NCBI GenBank assembly: GCA_051294905.1
Contig: CM119371.1
Location: 14,944,001-15,008,000 of the forward strand
DNA from: Botryllus schlosseri
Taxonomy: Eukaryota
Length of the DNA: 64,000 bases
Reading direction: 5' to 3'
In this document: positions 50,626 through 64,000 of the stretch, in pieces
How positions within the stretch are numbered: position 1 is the stretch's first letter
Layout: every line of letters starts with the position of its first letter
Position numbers and translations under genes: made by a program
Notes under the pieces: generated by a model
What the model was told of the DNA's origin: nothing
Database searches by the model: none
The model's input: the letters and a program-made list of their open reading frames with translations, nothing else

Positions 50626-51059
50626 GAAATTATGACACCTTCAATGAGACTCGAGTCACGTCAAGCCGCTCGACTTTTTATGGTGACTCGAGTCAAGTCG
50701 AGTCAAGTCAAGTCACGAGTCAGTTCACAATTCAAGTCAAGTTGCCTTTTCGAAGTATGAGGCATGATTACGTCATTGCATTTTGCTAGCTGTCTGATAT
50801 ACTGATTGAGTGGTCATTGATTTCGAACCGATCAACGAATATAGAGTGAAATATACACGCCAAGAAGGCGCTTTATCGCTGTCGTATACGTAGAACTGGT
50901 AAACTACGTAAGTAATTGCATAGCCTCAGTTTATAGTTACCACTTTACCATCCGAAATAGAGAATAGAGAAACGAATTGATGAGATGCGATATAATACCC
51001 ATTTACAAATTGATATGATTCAATTTCAGCTTGCGCCAATGGTTGAGGACTATATAGAC

Positions 51060-51143
51060 CAGGGGCGGGTAACATACGGCCCGCGACGGGATTTTGTGCG
51101 GCCCGCCGACAGTTTTCGGTCTTACGTGATGATGCGGCCCACG
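51060..51143. mobile_element. Left end of a Charlie-like MITE interrupted by the Polinton-like element
   Basis: caggggcgggtaacatacggcccgcg..gcggcccacg breaks abruptly at AGTAGT. Confidence 0.6.
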
Positions 51144-54100
51144 AGTAGTATATACGATCGCTCGCGAACGGCTATGGGGCGCTTATGGCGGGGGTGGCAT
51201 ATCGCCTGGAAACCCGGGGTGGCATATCGCGCTTTTAGACCCCCCTCTCGGTCGCACATCGCCATTGGTTCTTATGGGTGGGGTGGCATGTCGCACTTTT
51301 CGGTATAGGCATCTCTCACACATCGCATGGAAAACTCGTGGTGGCATATCGCACTTTTAGATATAGGCATCTCTCGCACATCGCGCGGAAACTCGTGGCG
51401 GCATGTCGTACTTTCGAGTATAGGCATCTCTCGATCGGTGTTGAATATGTATCAAGTAAATAGTCATGTGAATGAATCTTTGTTAATGTGTATATCGTGA
51501 AAACTCGGGGTCGTGACTCACCTTCTTTGCTATAGGCGGTGGCGGCGATTCGCCATGTATTCTTACGGGAACTGTGATGATTCGCCATGTGTTCTTATGG
51601 GTGCGGTCGTGATTCGTACTTTCAACCATCTCTCGCGTGGTGTTGAATAGTCACCAACAATAACCGCGCAAACGGAAACGTGGCTTGCAAGAGGATTTAC
51701 GCAGTGCATGCGACAGACGGCGATTCGAATATCAACAATAACCGCGTTCGCAAACTAACACTTCCAAAAGATGTGAAATATTTGTAAAATCCTACGATCG
51801 CTCACAAGATACCACTTCCGGCAAATCGATCTATCACTCAATACACAACCGAAGTTGAATTGTAATTGAATGCGTAAATTTATCACCTCGACATCAAAAT
51901 TCGAAAACAACAACTTGACGCTTTATGTTCTCACTCTAATTTCATGATAAGTGTAATAAGTGCCGAATAACAGATACATCACCGGCGAGACTTGAATACC
52001 AACAAATTGTCACTTATTTCTATTCTAGCCGTAATCCTTTGTGAAGTTAACGCTTATTCAAAAAGGTGTGAAATAGTTTGCAAAACCCCGCGATCACTGA
52101 CAAGATAATGTCTCGGACATACCCATCTTTCGCGACTTGGTGTCATAGCCATACCGATCGCTCACGCGGTGAAATTTTAGTAATCAGTTTGTCACAGAAC
52201 TAGATTTCACTGGTAAGATTTAATAAATACCGACTATCAGAACCATCAGTGTGGGTAACTTGAATAGCAACAAATTGTCACTTATTTCCGACGAGAAATT
52301 CACTAAACCGCAGTACATTGTGTGATTTTGAAAAACAGATGTTTGCGCTTGCGTTTTGATATGTGCGACCCACTAACTACATCCGTTTTGCGAACACGGC
52401 TTGTTGTGAGGATTACGCGCGCGCCCTATATTTCGAATGACCTGCGCGCTGAAGTGCGAAATAGTTTGCTAAATCTAGTAATCAGTCGCAAGGTGTTACT
52501 TTAGTAATTAGTTTACCATAGAACCGGCGTAGCCGGTGATTCGAATACCGACAAATTTTCACTTATTTCTGACCCAACCCTAATCCTCTGTGAAGTTGAC
52601 GCTTATTCAAAAAGGTGTGAAATAATTGTAAAATCCTAATCCGAAACCGATTATTTTGACTTTGGCGTAGTGTGCATTGAAATAGGATTGACAAACATGA
52701 CTAGCAACTTCCCCACAGTCCCGTTTCGATATTATACACACATTGATTTGAAACAAGTAATGTAACATTACAACTCTATTCCCGATCCAGCTTTCCGTTT
52801 GTCAAAGAGACATTTTAACATCTTACCATACTCAAAAGAATTATTCACAACATTAACAAGTGTTTAAAATCTAGTTTTCACTTACTTGGCTATATCAGTA
52901 CAACTCGCAAACTTGAATTAATTCATCTGGTTGTATTCATAGGACCGATAATTTTTATCCAACTGTAAAGGTCGTTATACTATTCTGTAAGACAGAGTAT
53001 TTACTAATCGGTGCATATACGATTTGACTTGGTCATATTATATTTTGAGTATACGAGATTTGAGTGTCAGAACAATAACTGAGAATTAAATTATCACAAT
53101 TGAATCCATATACGACAGCGTGAATTAAATTATCACAATTGAATCCATATACGACAGCGTAAAAGATATTGGGATGTCAGCATCTCTTTACGGTTATAGT
53201 TACAACCACATTACCTAATTTACCCGACCAACTCGTCATGATCATTCCCGAAATCAACACAAACATGACTACTGACTTGAGTCAACCACAAAACAGCATC
53301 AAGTTTTAAATCCACTTGTAGCTTACGGCTTATTTGAATGCGGGTTATGTTTTGTTGTAATTGAGTGTACGGAAATAGTATTACGTCTCGACATCTCACC
53401 ATCTTACCATACTCAAAGAGTCAACCACGAAAACATTGTCAAGTAAATCCGTTTGTAACTTACCCAACCAACTCAAACGGTATCAGTATGAAAAACAGCC
53501 AAACATACACGAATCCATACAATCACTAAAACCTAAAATCCATAACAAGCTTGGTTGTATTCATATCCCTACACATCTTTTTTTATTCAGCTTGAAAAGT
53601 CGTTACTATTCTGTAAGATAGAGGAATTACTACGCGGTATATTCTGCAAGACAAACTAATTACTACTCGGTATATTTTGTAAGACAAAAGTAATTACTTC
53701 TCAGTGTCGGCGACTTGAGATTAACATAATATGTTTGAGTATACGAGATTTGAAAGTCCGACCAACGTGGTTGAGAATTCATTTCTTACAATCGAACAAT
53801 GGTGTTATATTCAAAGTTATCATGCTGTGAACATAAGATTGACACATTGATTTGACATATGAGATTTGTAATAGTTGATCATTACTTTATTATTAAATTA
53901 TTTGCGTTAATTAGACCCGGCGTTATGGTAAATGTTATGACAGCAACAAACTTTTCAGTACCAATGTTATTAACACATTAAGCTGTAAAACTATGTATGT
54001 CTGAAATGTTCTTGATAGGAAAATTACTCCACCTTGGTAAAAATCACTCTGCGTATTGCGGATATCAGAAAATATTTCCAGTACCCAAGACTAAAGATGA

Positions 54101-56169
54101 AACGACAATTTCGTTTGCTGATTAACAACCGGTACAATACTTTATCATCATAATCCGCGGTGAGAATTGAAACACTTTCGCGCATTACCCGGAGTCAAGA
54201 TATCACACTAGGTGAATTGACATACCGCCGCTTGAATAATACCTAATCCGTTCGCACCATTTCACATACTTTGATCATTACAAAAGTAAATTGTGATATG
54301 TTTGTTAGATGCATTCAATTCAACTAGAAGTGTCTGGTACACAACAATCGTAATATCGAAAAAGTACTTGCCACACTGTTATTTGCTAAACGTGTTTTGC
54401 ATTGTTGTTCATTTGTAGTATTGATTGTTTTTGAACCCCCAAATCATAATTCCCGACATGAAACCAAGCCGCTGAAAGTCGTTACCATCACGAAGATACA
54501 ATGTGCACGATGATTGTCAAATGTGTCCTACCTGGCCAACAGAAAACAATTTTCACTCACTCGAAATGAAACCAATGTGATGGTCTCCATTCGATATTTT
54601 GTTTGTGTCAAATATACTTTGCAATGAACACATTTGCGTGGTTGAGCTTTGCCATCATCAAGCTGTCATTTGTATCGTTTAATTAACCGACATTTAGCGA
54701 TTGGTGAACATACCGAACGATACACAGTCACTTCGAAATACTCCGTTGATCGTAATTTCCATCATCATAATAATCGAAGTACAATTGCTTCGAATCGCTA
54801 GAGTGGTTGAGCTTTACATCATCAGACTGCCATCTGTACATCAAGAATACATCCACCTTGTAACTGGGTCGTTTACCTAACCGAGTTGTATGCACAGTTT
54901 GATATTTAGCGATTGCAGAACATACCATTTCGAAATACTGCGTTGATCTCAATTCCTTTGTCGTGATAATCGAAGTATATTTGTTTCGATTTCATAAAAA
55001 CCAACTTTTCTATGACATGATAAATTTTTGAAAAGTTATACTTAGAAGGTTGGTGCATATCGCGAAAAATAATATACCGCCCATATTGATATTGCTACTC
55101 CATTGATCGGTATTTTCACGCGAGTCGATTTTCAAATGAGTAAAATTTATTACATGAGTTTCTGCGCTTAATGTAAATGAAAACTCAGTCGTCTTTTAAC
55201 ATCACAAAGACATTGATAAAAAGTAAGCAATCAAACACAACACTTTGTACGACACTAGTTATTGTTCCACACATCTCATTTCATACTAAGTGTATACGAA
55301 AGATATTCATGATGCACGAAAATATTCGCTCATGCTACAAACCTGTAGAATGATTGGTGGTGCAAGGCCAGCACAATTGTGGTATCCATCCGAGTTTAGT
55401 TAACACAAATTTATTACAACAGAGCCACGTAAACTTTCGTGAAAGAAAAGCATACTCACTTTCAGAGGGTTATGTCAATGCCATAGCAGTAAATCAAAAA
55501 TATTCCTAACCCATTGCACACCGGTGACAAATCATACAACAAACATTTTTTGTGAGTCGAATTGTTGTTCAGTGTCAAGTCTACCTGTTGAAAAGTGCAT
55601 CAAAACAACACAGTCACAATTCAATTAAAACCACGAATCTATTTTCATTTCGTCACATACAGAAAAATAAATTTTCTTTCCCCAACACATACTTGTAACC
55701 AATCGCTTTCATTAAACACACAACTCCATAAAAGTATTTACTTTCTACAACATAGACATTCCGATGTAGTCAAGAAATATTAAAACGGACACGACACGAC
55801 TGAATGTAAGGGGATAGAAGTCTATCGCATCGATTTACATGTGGTCTTCGCTACGGTTTCAAAAAAACGAATCATCTATTTTGCATTGGTCGAGACCGAG
55901 CGAGCCAGTTACATGTATTTGCGGTAATGATTTTTCTTGTCATATGCGAATGATAGGTTTACTACTCCGACAAATCAAATCAACAAACAACAACAATCTT
56001 CTGACGATCATAATAGCAATTTCATTTGCCACCCCTTCGTAATTGTACACGCACGAAAAGTATATTGTACAACTCGGCAACTACGTTTAACAAGACCAAT
56101 CACACTACCAGCGTTGAACGCAAGATACCTACCCAAGTCAAAAATATCATACGGGTTTGGACAACTGAC

Positions 56170-56720
56170 GTTTACCTGTGTAAAATTATCATTTTCACTT
56201 GGCGATCTATCCTTTCCTAGAGTAACAAACCCTTGTCGTTTACAAATCTATTTTTTTTTCCTACAACAAAAAACTATTTTCACTTGGAAAAATACTTTTA
56301 CCTAGAGTAACTAATCATTTTCTTTTAAAAATATATTTTCTCCCTGGGTAACAAACCCTTTTCGTTTGGAAAACTATCATTTACCTGAGTACCAATACCG
56401 TTTTCACTTGGCAGTCCGTCGTTTACCTGGCTAAACATATCATTTTCACTTGGAAATCTATTTTTTCCCAGAGTAAGAAACCTTTTTCACTTTGAAATCT
56501 ATTTTTTCCCTGGGTAACAAACCTTTTTCACTTGGAAATATATTTTTCCCCAGGTAACAAACCTTTTTCGCTTGGAAATATATTTTTCCCTGGGTTACAA
56601 ACCTTTTTCACTTGGTGGTCCGTCATTTACCTGGATAAAAATATCATTTTCCTTTGGGGGATCTGGCGTTTACCCAGTGTAACAATACATTTTCTCTTGG
56701 TCATCTAGCTTTTCCTAGAG
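56170..56720. repeat. ~38-39-bp minisatellite (mirrored at ~59170-59720)
   Basis: Units like tttttccctgggtaacaaacctttttcacttggaaatcta. Confidence 0.9.
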
Positions 56721-56849
56721 TAACAAAACCATTTTCATTTTGAAATCTGACAAACACACCTGACAATTTGATATTTTTGTATATTGTTACAACGGATAGC
56801 GACAAAATATACACCAACAACAACTCCAATACATTTGTGTAATCGCATA

Positions 56850-58030
56850 TTCACTTGTGCTGATGCAGCCCATCAATATCATCGGTTACCCGCATGCAAT
56901 ATCCTCTTGTACACCGAAATGCATGTTTTGGAAAATTGGACAATAGGCTTCGATAGTTCTGTGATGTCCGGGTTCGTGCTTTGGATTTTCCAGAGTCAAA
57001 ATGTCTGAATAAAACACTTCCTCGACGATGGTTGGTATGTGGATAACGGGGTTCGGAAGACGGTTGGATTTATGTCACCCATCGCGATAACAATTCCAGG
57101 TCGAGTTTTCCCCCCGCATGTTTACTATATTGTGTCTTTATTGGTCAATGTATGTCTCAACATTCAGATTGAAATCGGAAACCCTGATAAAGTATGTAAC
57201 CGGATCCGGATATCAACTCTGAATCGATAAACCAATGAACAATATTCAAAGTAAACATGTTACATTCCACGAAAAAATACCATCCAGACATACGTCGCGC
57301 TTGTTTGCCCACAACAGTATACGCGTAAATGGAGGTGTGTGACATTGCATGCAATGTGTTGGTATACAAACATCGGGGAGTAAGCCTTCGATCCACAGAC
57401 ATTATCATAGCCGGTAATTTTGATGCAGATCGAATGTCACCCGATAACAATACCAATAAGCCACATTGCAATGACTCTGAGTCCGCGCTATTACATCGAT
57501 ATTTCGACACCGTTCACTGATTTATTCGATGGTGTTATCGTGTTGTAACATTACAAGATAGTCATGATCCTATCTGTAGACGGACCACCCAGATCAATTG
57601 GATACATCGGTCAATATCCATCGTGTTGTCGACACCGAAGTTTTCTGCTGAGACTACAGCGTTTGATCTAGGTGAACTATGGAAGTACGGTGCTCGAAAT
57701 GATTGCAATCAGTCTTTCAGTCACGATCAATGGATGTCGCTACTCCCACATAACGACTCCGGATAAATATCGTGCAAATGTCGGACTGATATTGTGATCC
57801 AATAAGGTATGTTTCTGTGGAATGAAGACTGCAATCGTACACCACAATAGAACACTACCTCGTGATTTCACACGCAATCATAAAACACACTTTCGTAAGG
57901 GTCTAGCTCGTCCGGTGACATTTCGAAACGGTCGTCACCACAAGAGATCGGGGTTGGTCTCGTCATATCGGAGCATTTTGAAACGACATCGTCACAAGTC
58001 TATTGACGTCGATTCAGTTGGTCATGTCAA
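56850..58030 (+). pseudogene. Possible Polinton major capsid protein C-terminal remnant
   Basis: Ordered fragments QYPL, TLPRRWLV/VDNG, VSLLVN, TAFDL, FRKGLARPVT and SIDVDSVGHV resemble MCP motifs; many frameshifts. Confidence 0.45.
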
Positions 58031-58099
58031 TCCGTTTCACAATCCACCGTTTTTCCACTCCCCGCACCATAGTGTTACGACACAGACAAGAAGCGTCGG

Positions 58100-58360
58100 T
58101 GGAAATAATAAAACACGGAAAGCACACTTTGGTGTTATTTGACATGGATTTTACACCCGACGAACCTCACATTCGAGCGATGCATTGGAATGACGCTTGT
58201 ATTATTGATGTAGAAGGAACAGAAATGTATCGATTTATTGGTTTCGTACGTATCCAACAAAAATCTGGGTATATGATTGTGCATGGTTCGCATATTTGAC
58301 TGTGAACGCTCTATTGGTATATGCTGTATAGTTCACTTTCACCGTCGTGCGAATAACCCA
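58100..58360 (+). pseudogene. Possible adenain-like cysteine protease remnant
   Basis: DFTPDEPHIRAMHWNDACIID..(Y-F-D-x-x-G-like after a frameshift)..SIGICCIVHF, immediately after the capsid-like remnant. Confidence 0.4.
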
Positions 58361-61300
58361 TGTTACGGTTCGGTGTTTGTGTGTCTGTATGTCCTGCTTC
58401 AGATTGACTCAGAGTCATTGCAATGTGGCTTATTGGTATTGTTATCGGGTGACATTCGATCTGCATCAAAATTACCGGCTATGATAATGTCTGTGGATCG
58501 AAGGCTTACTCCCCGATGTTTGTATACCAACACATTGCATGCAATGTCACACACCTCCATTTACGCGTATACTGTTGTGGGCAAACAAGCGCGACGTATG
58601 TCTGGATGGTATTTTTTCGTGGAATGTAACATGTTTACTTTGAATATTGTTCATTGGTTTATCGATTCAGAGTTGATATCCGGATCCGGTTACATACTTT
58701 ATCAGGGTTTCCGATTTCAATCTGAATGTTGAGACATACATTGACCAATAAAGACACAATATAGTAAACATGCGGGGGGAAAACTCGACCTGGAATTGTT
58801 ATCGCGATGGGTGACATAAATCCAACCGTCTTCCGAACCCCGTTATCCACATACCAACCATCGTCGAGGAAGTGTTTTATTCAGACATTTTGACTCTGGA
58901 AAATCCAAAGCACGAACCCGGACATCACAGAACTATCGAAGCCTATTGTCCAATTTTCCAAAACATGCATTTCGGTGTACAAGAGGATATTGCATGCGGG
59001 TAACCGATGATATTGATGGGCTGCATCAGCACAAGTGAATATGCGATTACACAAATGTATTGGAGTTGTTGTTGGTGTATATTTTGTCGCTATCCGTTGT
59101 AACAATATACAAAAATATCAAATTGTCAGGTGTGTTTGTCAGATTTCAAAATGAAAATGGTTTTGTTACTCTAGGAAAAGCTAGATGACCAAGAGAAAAT
59201 GTATTGTTACACTGGGTAAACGCCAGATCCCCCAAAGGAAAATGATATTTTTATCCAGGTAAATGACGGACCACCAAGTGAAAAAGGTTTGTAACCCAGG
59301 GAAAAATATATTTCCAAGCGAAAAAGGTTTGTTACCTGGGGAAAAATATATTTCCAAGTGAAAAAGGTTTGTTACCCAGGGAAAAAATAGATTTCAAAGT
59401 GAAAAAGGTTTCTTACTCTGGGAAAAAATAGATTTCCAAGTGAAAATGATATGTTTAGCCAGGTAAACGACGGACTGCCAAGTGAAAACGGTATTGGTAC
59501 TCAGGTAAATGATAGTTTTCCAAACGAAAAGGGTTTGTTACCCAGGGAGAAAATATATTTTTAAAAGAAAATGATTAGTTACTCTAGGTAAAAGTATTTT
59601 TCCAAGTGAAAATAGTTTTTTGTTGTAGGAAAAAAAAATAGATTTGTAAACGACAAGGGTTTGTTACTCTAGGAAAGGATAGATCGCCAAGTGAAAATGA
59701 TAATTTTACACAGGTAAACGTCAGTTGTCCAAACCCGTATGATATTTTTGACTTGGGTAGGTATCTTGCGTTCAACGCTGGTAGTGTGATTGGTCTTGTT
59801 AAACGTAGTTGCCGAGTTGTACAATATACTTTTCGTGCGTGTACAATTACGAAGGGGTGGCAAATGAAATTGCTATTATGATCGTCAGAAGATTGTTGTT
59901 GTTTGTTGATTTGATTTGTCGGAGTAGTAAACCTATCATTCGCATATGACAAGAAAAATCATTACCGCAAATACATGTAACTGGCTCGCTCGGTCTCGAC
60001 CAATGCAAAATAGATGATTCGTTTTTTTGAAACCGTAGCGAAGACCACATGTAAATCGATGCGATAGACTTCTATCCCCTTACATTCAGTCGTGTCGTGT
60101 CCGTTTTAATATTTCTTGACTACATCGGAATGTCTATGTTGTAGAAAGTAAATACTTTTATGGAGTTGTGTGTTTAATGAAAGCGATTGGTTACAAGTAT
60201 GTGTTGGGGAAAGAAAATTTATTTTTCTGTATGTGACGAAATGAAAATAGATTCGTGGTTTTAATTGAATTGTGACTGTGTTGTTTTGATGCACTTTTCA
60301 ACAGGTAGACTTGACACTGAACAACAATTCGACTCACAAAAAATGTTTGTTGTATGATTTGTCACCGGTGTGCAATGGGTTAGGAATATTTTTGATTTAC
60401 TGCTATGGCATTGACATAACCCTCTGAAAGTGAGTATGCTTTTCTTTCACGAAAGTTTACGTGGCTCTGTTGTAATAAATTTGTGTTAACTAAACTCGGA
60501 TGGATACCACAATTGTGCTGGCCTTGCACCACCAATCATTCTACAGGTTTGTAGCATGAGCGAATATTTTCGTGCATCATGAATATCTTTCGTATACACT
60601 TAGTATGAAATGAGATGTGTGGAACAATAACTAGTGTCGTACAAAGTGTTGTGTTTGATTGCTTACTTTTTATCAATGTCTTTGTGATGTTAAAAGACGA
60701 CTGAGTTTTCATTTACATTAAGCGCAGAAACTCATGTAATAAATTTTACTCATTTGAAAATCGACTCGCGTGAAAATACCGATCAATGGAGTAGCAATAT
60801 CAATATGGGCGGTATATTATTTTTCGCGATATGCACCAACCTTCTAAGTATAACTTTTCAAAAATTTATCATGTCATAGAAAAGTTGGTTTTTATGAAAT
60901 CGAAACAAATATACTTCGATTATCACGACAAAGGAATTGAGATCAACGCAGTATTTCGAAATGGTATGTTCTGCAATCGCTAAATATCAAACTGTGCATA
61001 CAACTCGGTTAGGTAAACGACCCAGTTACAAGGTGGATGTATTCTTGATGTACAGATGGCAGTCTGATGATGTAAAGCTCAACCACTCTAGCGATTCGAA
61101 GCAATTGTACTTCGATTATTATGATGATGGAAATTACGATCAACGGAGTATTTCGAAGTGACTGTGTATCGTTCGGTATGTTCACCAATCGCTAAATGTC
61201 GGTTAATTAAACGATACAAATGACAGCTTGATGATGGCAAAGCTCAACCACGCAAATGTGTTCATTGCAAAGTATATTTGACACAAACAAAATATCGAAT

Positions 61301-64000
61301 GGAGACCATCACATTGGTTTCATTTCGAGTGAGTGAAAATTGTTTTCTGTTGGCCAGGTAGGACACATTTGACAATCATCGTGCACATTGTATCTTCGTG
61401 ATGGTAACGACTTTCAGCGGCTTGGTTTCATGTCGGGAATTATGATTTGGGGGTTCAAAAACAATCAATACTACAAATGAACAACAATGCAAAACACGTT
61501 TAGCAAATAACAGTGTGGCAAGTACTTTTTCGATATTACGATTGTTGTGTACCAGACACTTCTAGTTGAATTGAATGCATCTAACAAACATATCACAATT
61601 TACTTTTGTAATGATCAAAGTATGTGAAATGGTGCGAACGGATTAGGTATTATTCAAGCGGCGGTATGTCAATTCACCTAGTGTGATATCTTGACTCCGG
61701 GTAATGCGCGAAAGTGTTTCAATTCTCACCGCGGATTATGATGATAAAGTATTGTACCGGTTGTTAATCAGCAAACGAAATTGTCGTTTCATCTTTAGTC
61801 TTGGGTACTGGAAATATTTTCTGATATCCGCAATACGCAGAGTGATTTTTACCAAGGTGGAGTAATTTTCCTATCAAGAACATTTCAGACATACATAGTT
61901 TTACAGCTTAATGTGTTAATAACATTGGTACTGAAAAGTTTGTTGCTGTCATAACATTTACCATAACGCCGGGTCTAATTAACGCAAATAATTTAATAAT
62001 AAAGTAATGATCAACTATTACAAATCTCATATGTCAAATCAATGTGTCAATCTTATGTTCACAGCATGATAACTTTGAATATAACACCATTGTTCGATTG
62101 TAAGAAATGAATTCTCAACCACGTTGGTCGGACTTTCAAATCTCGTATACTCAAACATATTATGTTAATCTCAAGTCGCCGACACTGAGAAGTAATTACT
62201 TTTGTCTTACAAAATATACCGAGTAGTAATTAGTTTGTCTTGCAGAATATACCGCGTAGTAATTCCTCTATCTTACAGAATAGTAACGACTTTTCAAGCT
62301 GAATAAAAAAAGATGTGTAGGGATATGAATACAACCAAGCTTGTTATGGATTTTAGGTTTTAGTGATTGTATGGATTCGTGTATGTTTGGCTGTTTTTCA
62401 TACTGATACCGTTTGAGTTGGTTGGGTAAGTTACAAACGGATTTACTTGACAATGTTTTCGTGGTTGACTCTTTGAGTATGGTAAGATGGTGAGATGTCG
62501 AGACGTAATACTATTTCCGTACACTCAATTACAACAAAACATAACCCGCATTCAAATAAGCCGTAAGCTACAAGTGGATTTAAAACTTGATGCTGTTTTG
62601 TGGTTGACTCAAGTCAGTAGTCATGTTTGTGTTGATTTCGGGAATGATCATGACGAGTTGGTCGGGTAAATTAGGTAATGTGGTTGTAACTATAACCGTA
62701 AAGAGATGCTGACATCCCAATATCTTTTACGCTGTCGTATATGGATTCAATTGTGATAATTTAATTCACGCTGTCGTATATGGATTCAATTGTGATAATT
62801 TAATTCTCAGTTATTGTTCTGACACTCAAATCTCGTATACTCAAAATATAATATGACCAAGTCAAATCGTATATGCACCGATTAGTAAATACTCTGTCTT
62901 ACAGAATAGTATAACGACCTTTACAGTTGGATAAAAATTATCGGTCCTATGAATACAACCAGATGAATTAATTCAAGTTTGCGAGTTGTACTGATATAGC
63001 CAAGTAAGTGAAAACTAGATTTTAAACACTTGTTAATGTTGTGAATAATTCTTTTGAGTATGGTAAGATGTTAAAATGTCTCTTTGACAAACGGAAAGCT
63101 GGATCGGGAATAGAGTTGTAATGTTACATTACTTGTTTCAAATCAATGTGTGTATAATATCGAAACGGGACTGTGGGGAAGTTGCTAGTCATGTTTGTCA
63201 ATCCTATTTCAATGCACACTACGCCAAAGTCAAAATAATCGGTTTCGGATTAGGATTTTACAATTATTTCACACCTTTTTGAATAAGCGTCAACTTCACA
63301 GAGGATTAGGGTTGGGTCAGAAATAAGTGAAAATTTGTCGGTATTCGAATCACCGGCTACGCCGGTTCTATGGTAAACTAATTACTAAAGTAACACCTTG
63401 CGACTGATTACTAGATTTAGCAAACTATTTCGCACTTCAGCGCGCAGGTCATTCGAAATATAGGGCGCGCGCGTAATCCTCACAACAAGCCGTGTTCGCA
63501 AAACGGATGTAGTTAGTGGGTCGCACATATCAAAACGCAAGCGCAAACATCTGTTTTTCAAAATCACACAATGTACTGCGGTTTAGTGAATTTCTCGTCG
63601 GAAATAAGTGACAATTTGTTGCTATTCAAGTTACCCACACTGATGGTTCTGATAGTCGGTATTTATTAAATCTTACCAGTGAAATCTAGTTCTGTGACAA
63701 ACTGATTACTAAAATTTCACCGCGTGAGCGATCGGTATGGCTATGACACCAAGTCGCGAAAGATGGGTATGTCCGAGACATTATCTTGTCAGTGATCGCG
63801 GGGTTTTGCAAACTATTTCACACCTTTTTGAATAAGCGTTAACTTCACAAAGGATTACGGCTAGAATAGAAATAAGTGACAATTTGTTGGTATTCAAGTC
63901 TCGCCGGTGATGTATCTGTTATTCGGCACTTATTACACTTATCATGAAATTAGAGTGAGAACATAAAGCGTCAAGTTGTTGTTTTCGAATTTTGATGTCG

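Larger units (their letters stand above)
51144..64000. mobile_element. Polinton/Maverick-like element, decayed and palindromic; continues beyond the window
   Basis: AGTAGT terminus, GC-rich subterminal repeats (gtggcatatcgc), capsid-like and protease-like remnants, internal minisatellite. Confidence 0.65.
51889..64000. repeat. Giant inverted repeat: arms 51889-57483 / 58406-64000, loop 57484-58405
   Basis: Paired coordinates sum to 115889; mirrored ORFs have identical translations; no mismatch seen in spot checks. Confidence 0.97.

Noticed and set aside
52322..63567. Mirrored short ORFs in the palindrome arms as conserved genes
   Set aside because: Their identity is simply due to the inverted duplication; the peptides are short and mostly uninformative.

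Overview
AT-rich eukaryotic (invertebrate-like, species not determinable) DNA that is almost entirely transposon-derived. The only host-type genes are two divergently oriented, intronless BTB-BACK paralogs: 4349-5119 (intact) and 47917-48704, which is broken by a 5-bp TA-GCC-TA insertion resembling a transposon excision footprint. Between them lie two deep nested stacks of DNA transposons resolvable by target-site duplications (TSDs). Stack 11964-29311 is hAT > hAT > EnSpm-like > {hAT, hATm-like, FB-NOF-like foldback}; stack 30063-39298 is hAT > Kolobok > {hAT > hAT, TA-MITE > hAT}. There is also a piggyBac-like element, SINE-like remnants and a Penelope-like fragment with a GIY-YIG ORF and a minimal hammerhead ribozyme. 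From 51144 an AGTAGT-terminated Polinton/Maverick-like element with decayed capsid-like and protease-like remnants forms an apparently perfect giant palindrome (arms of at least 5.6 kb, 922-bp loop) that runs off the window. It is either a snap-back defective Polinton or an assembly artefact, and the sequence just past the window can decide which. All family assignments come from recognising motifs by eye; no searches were run.
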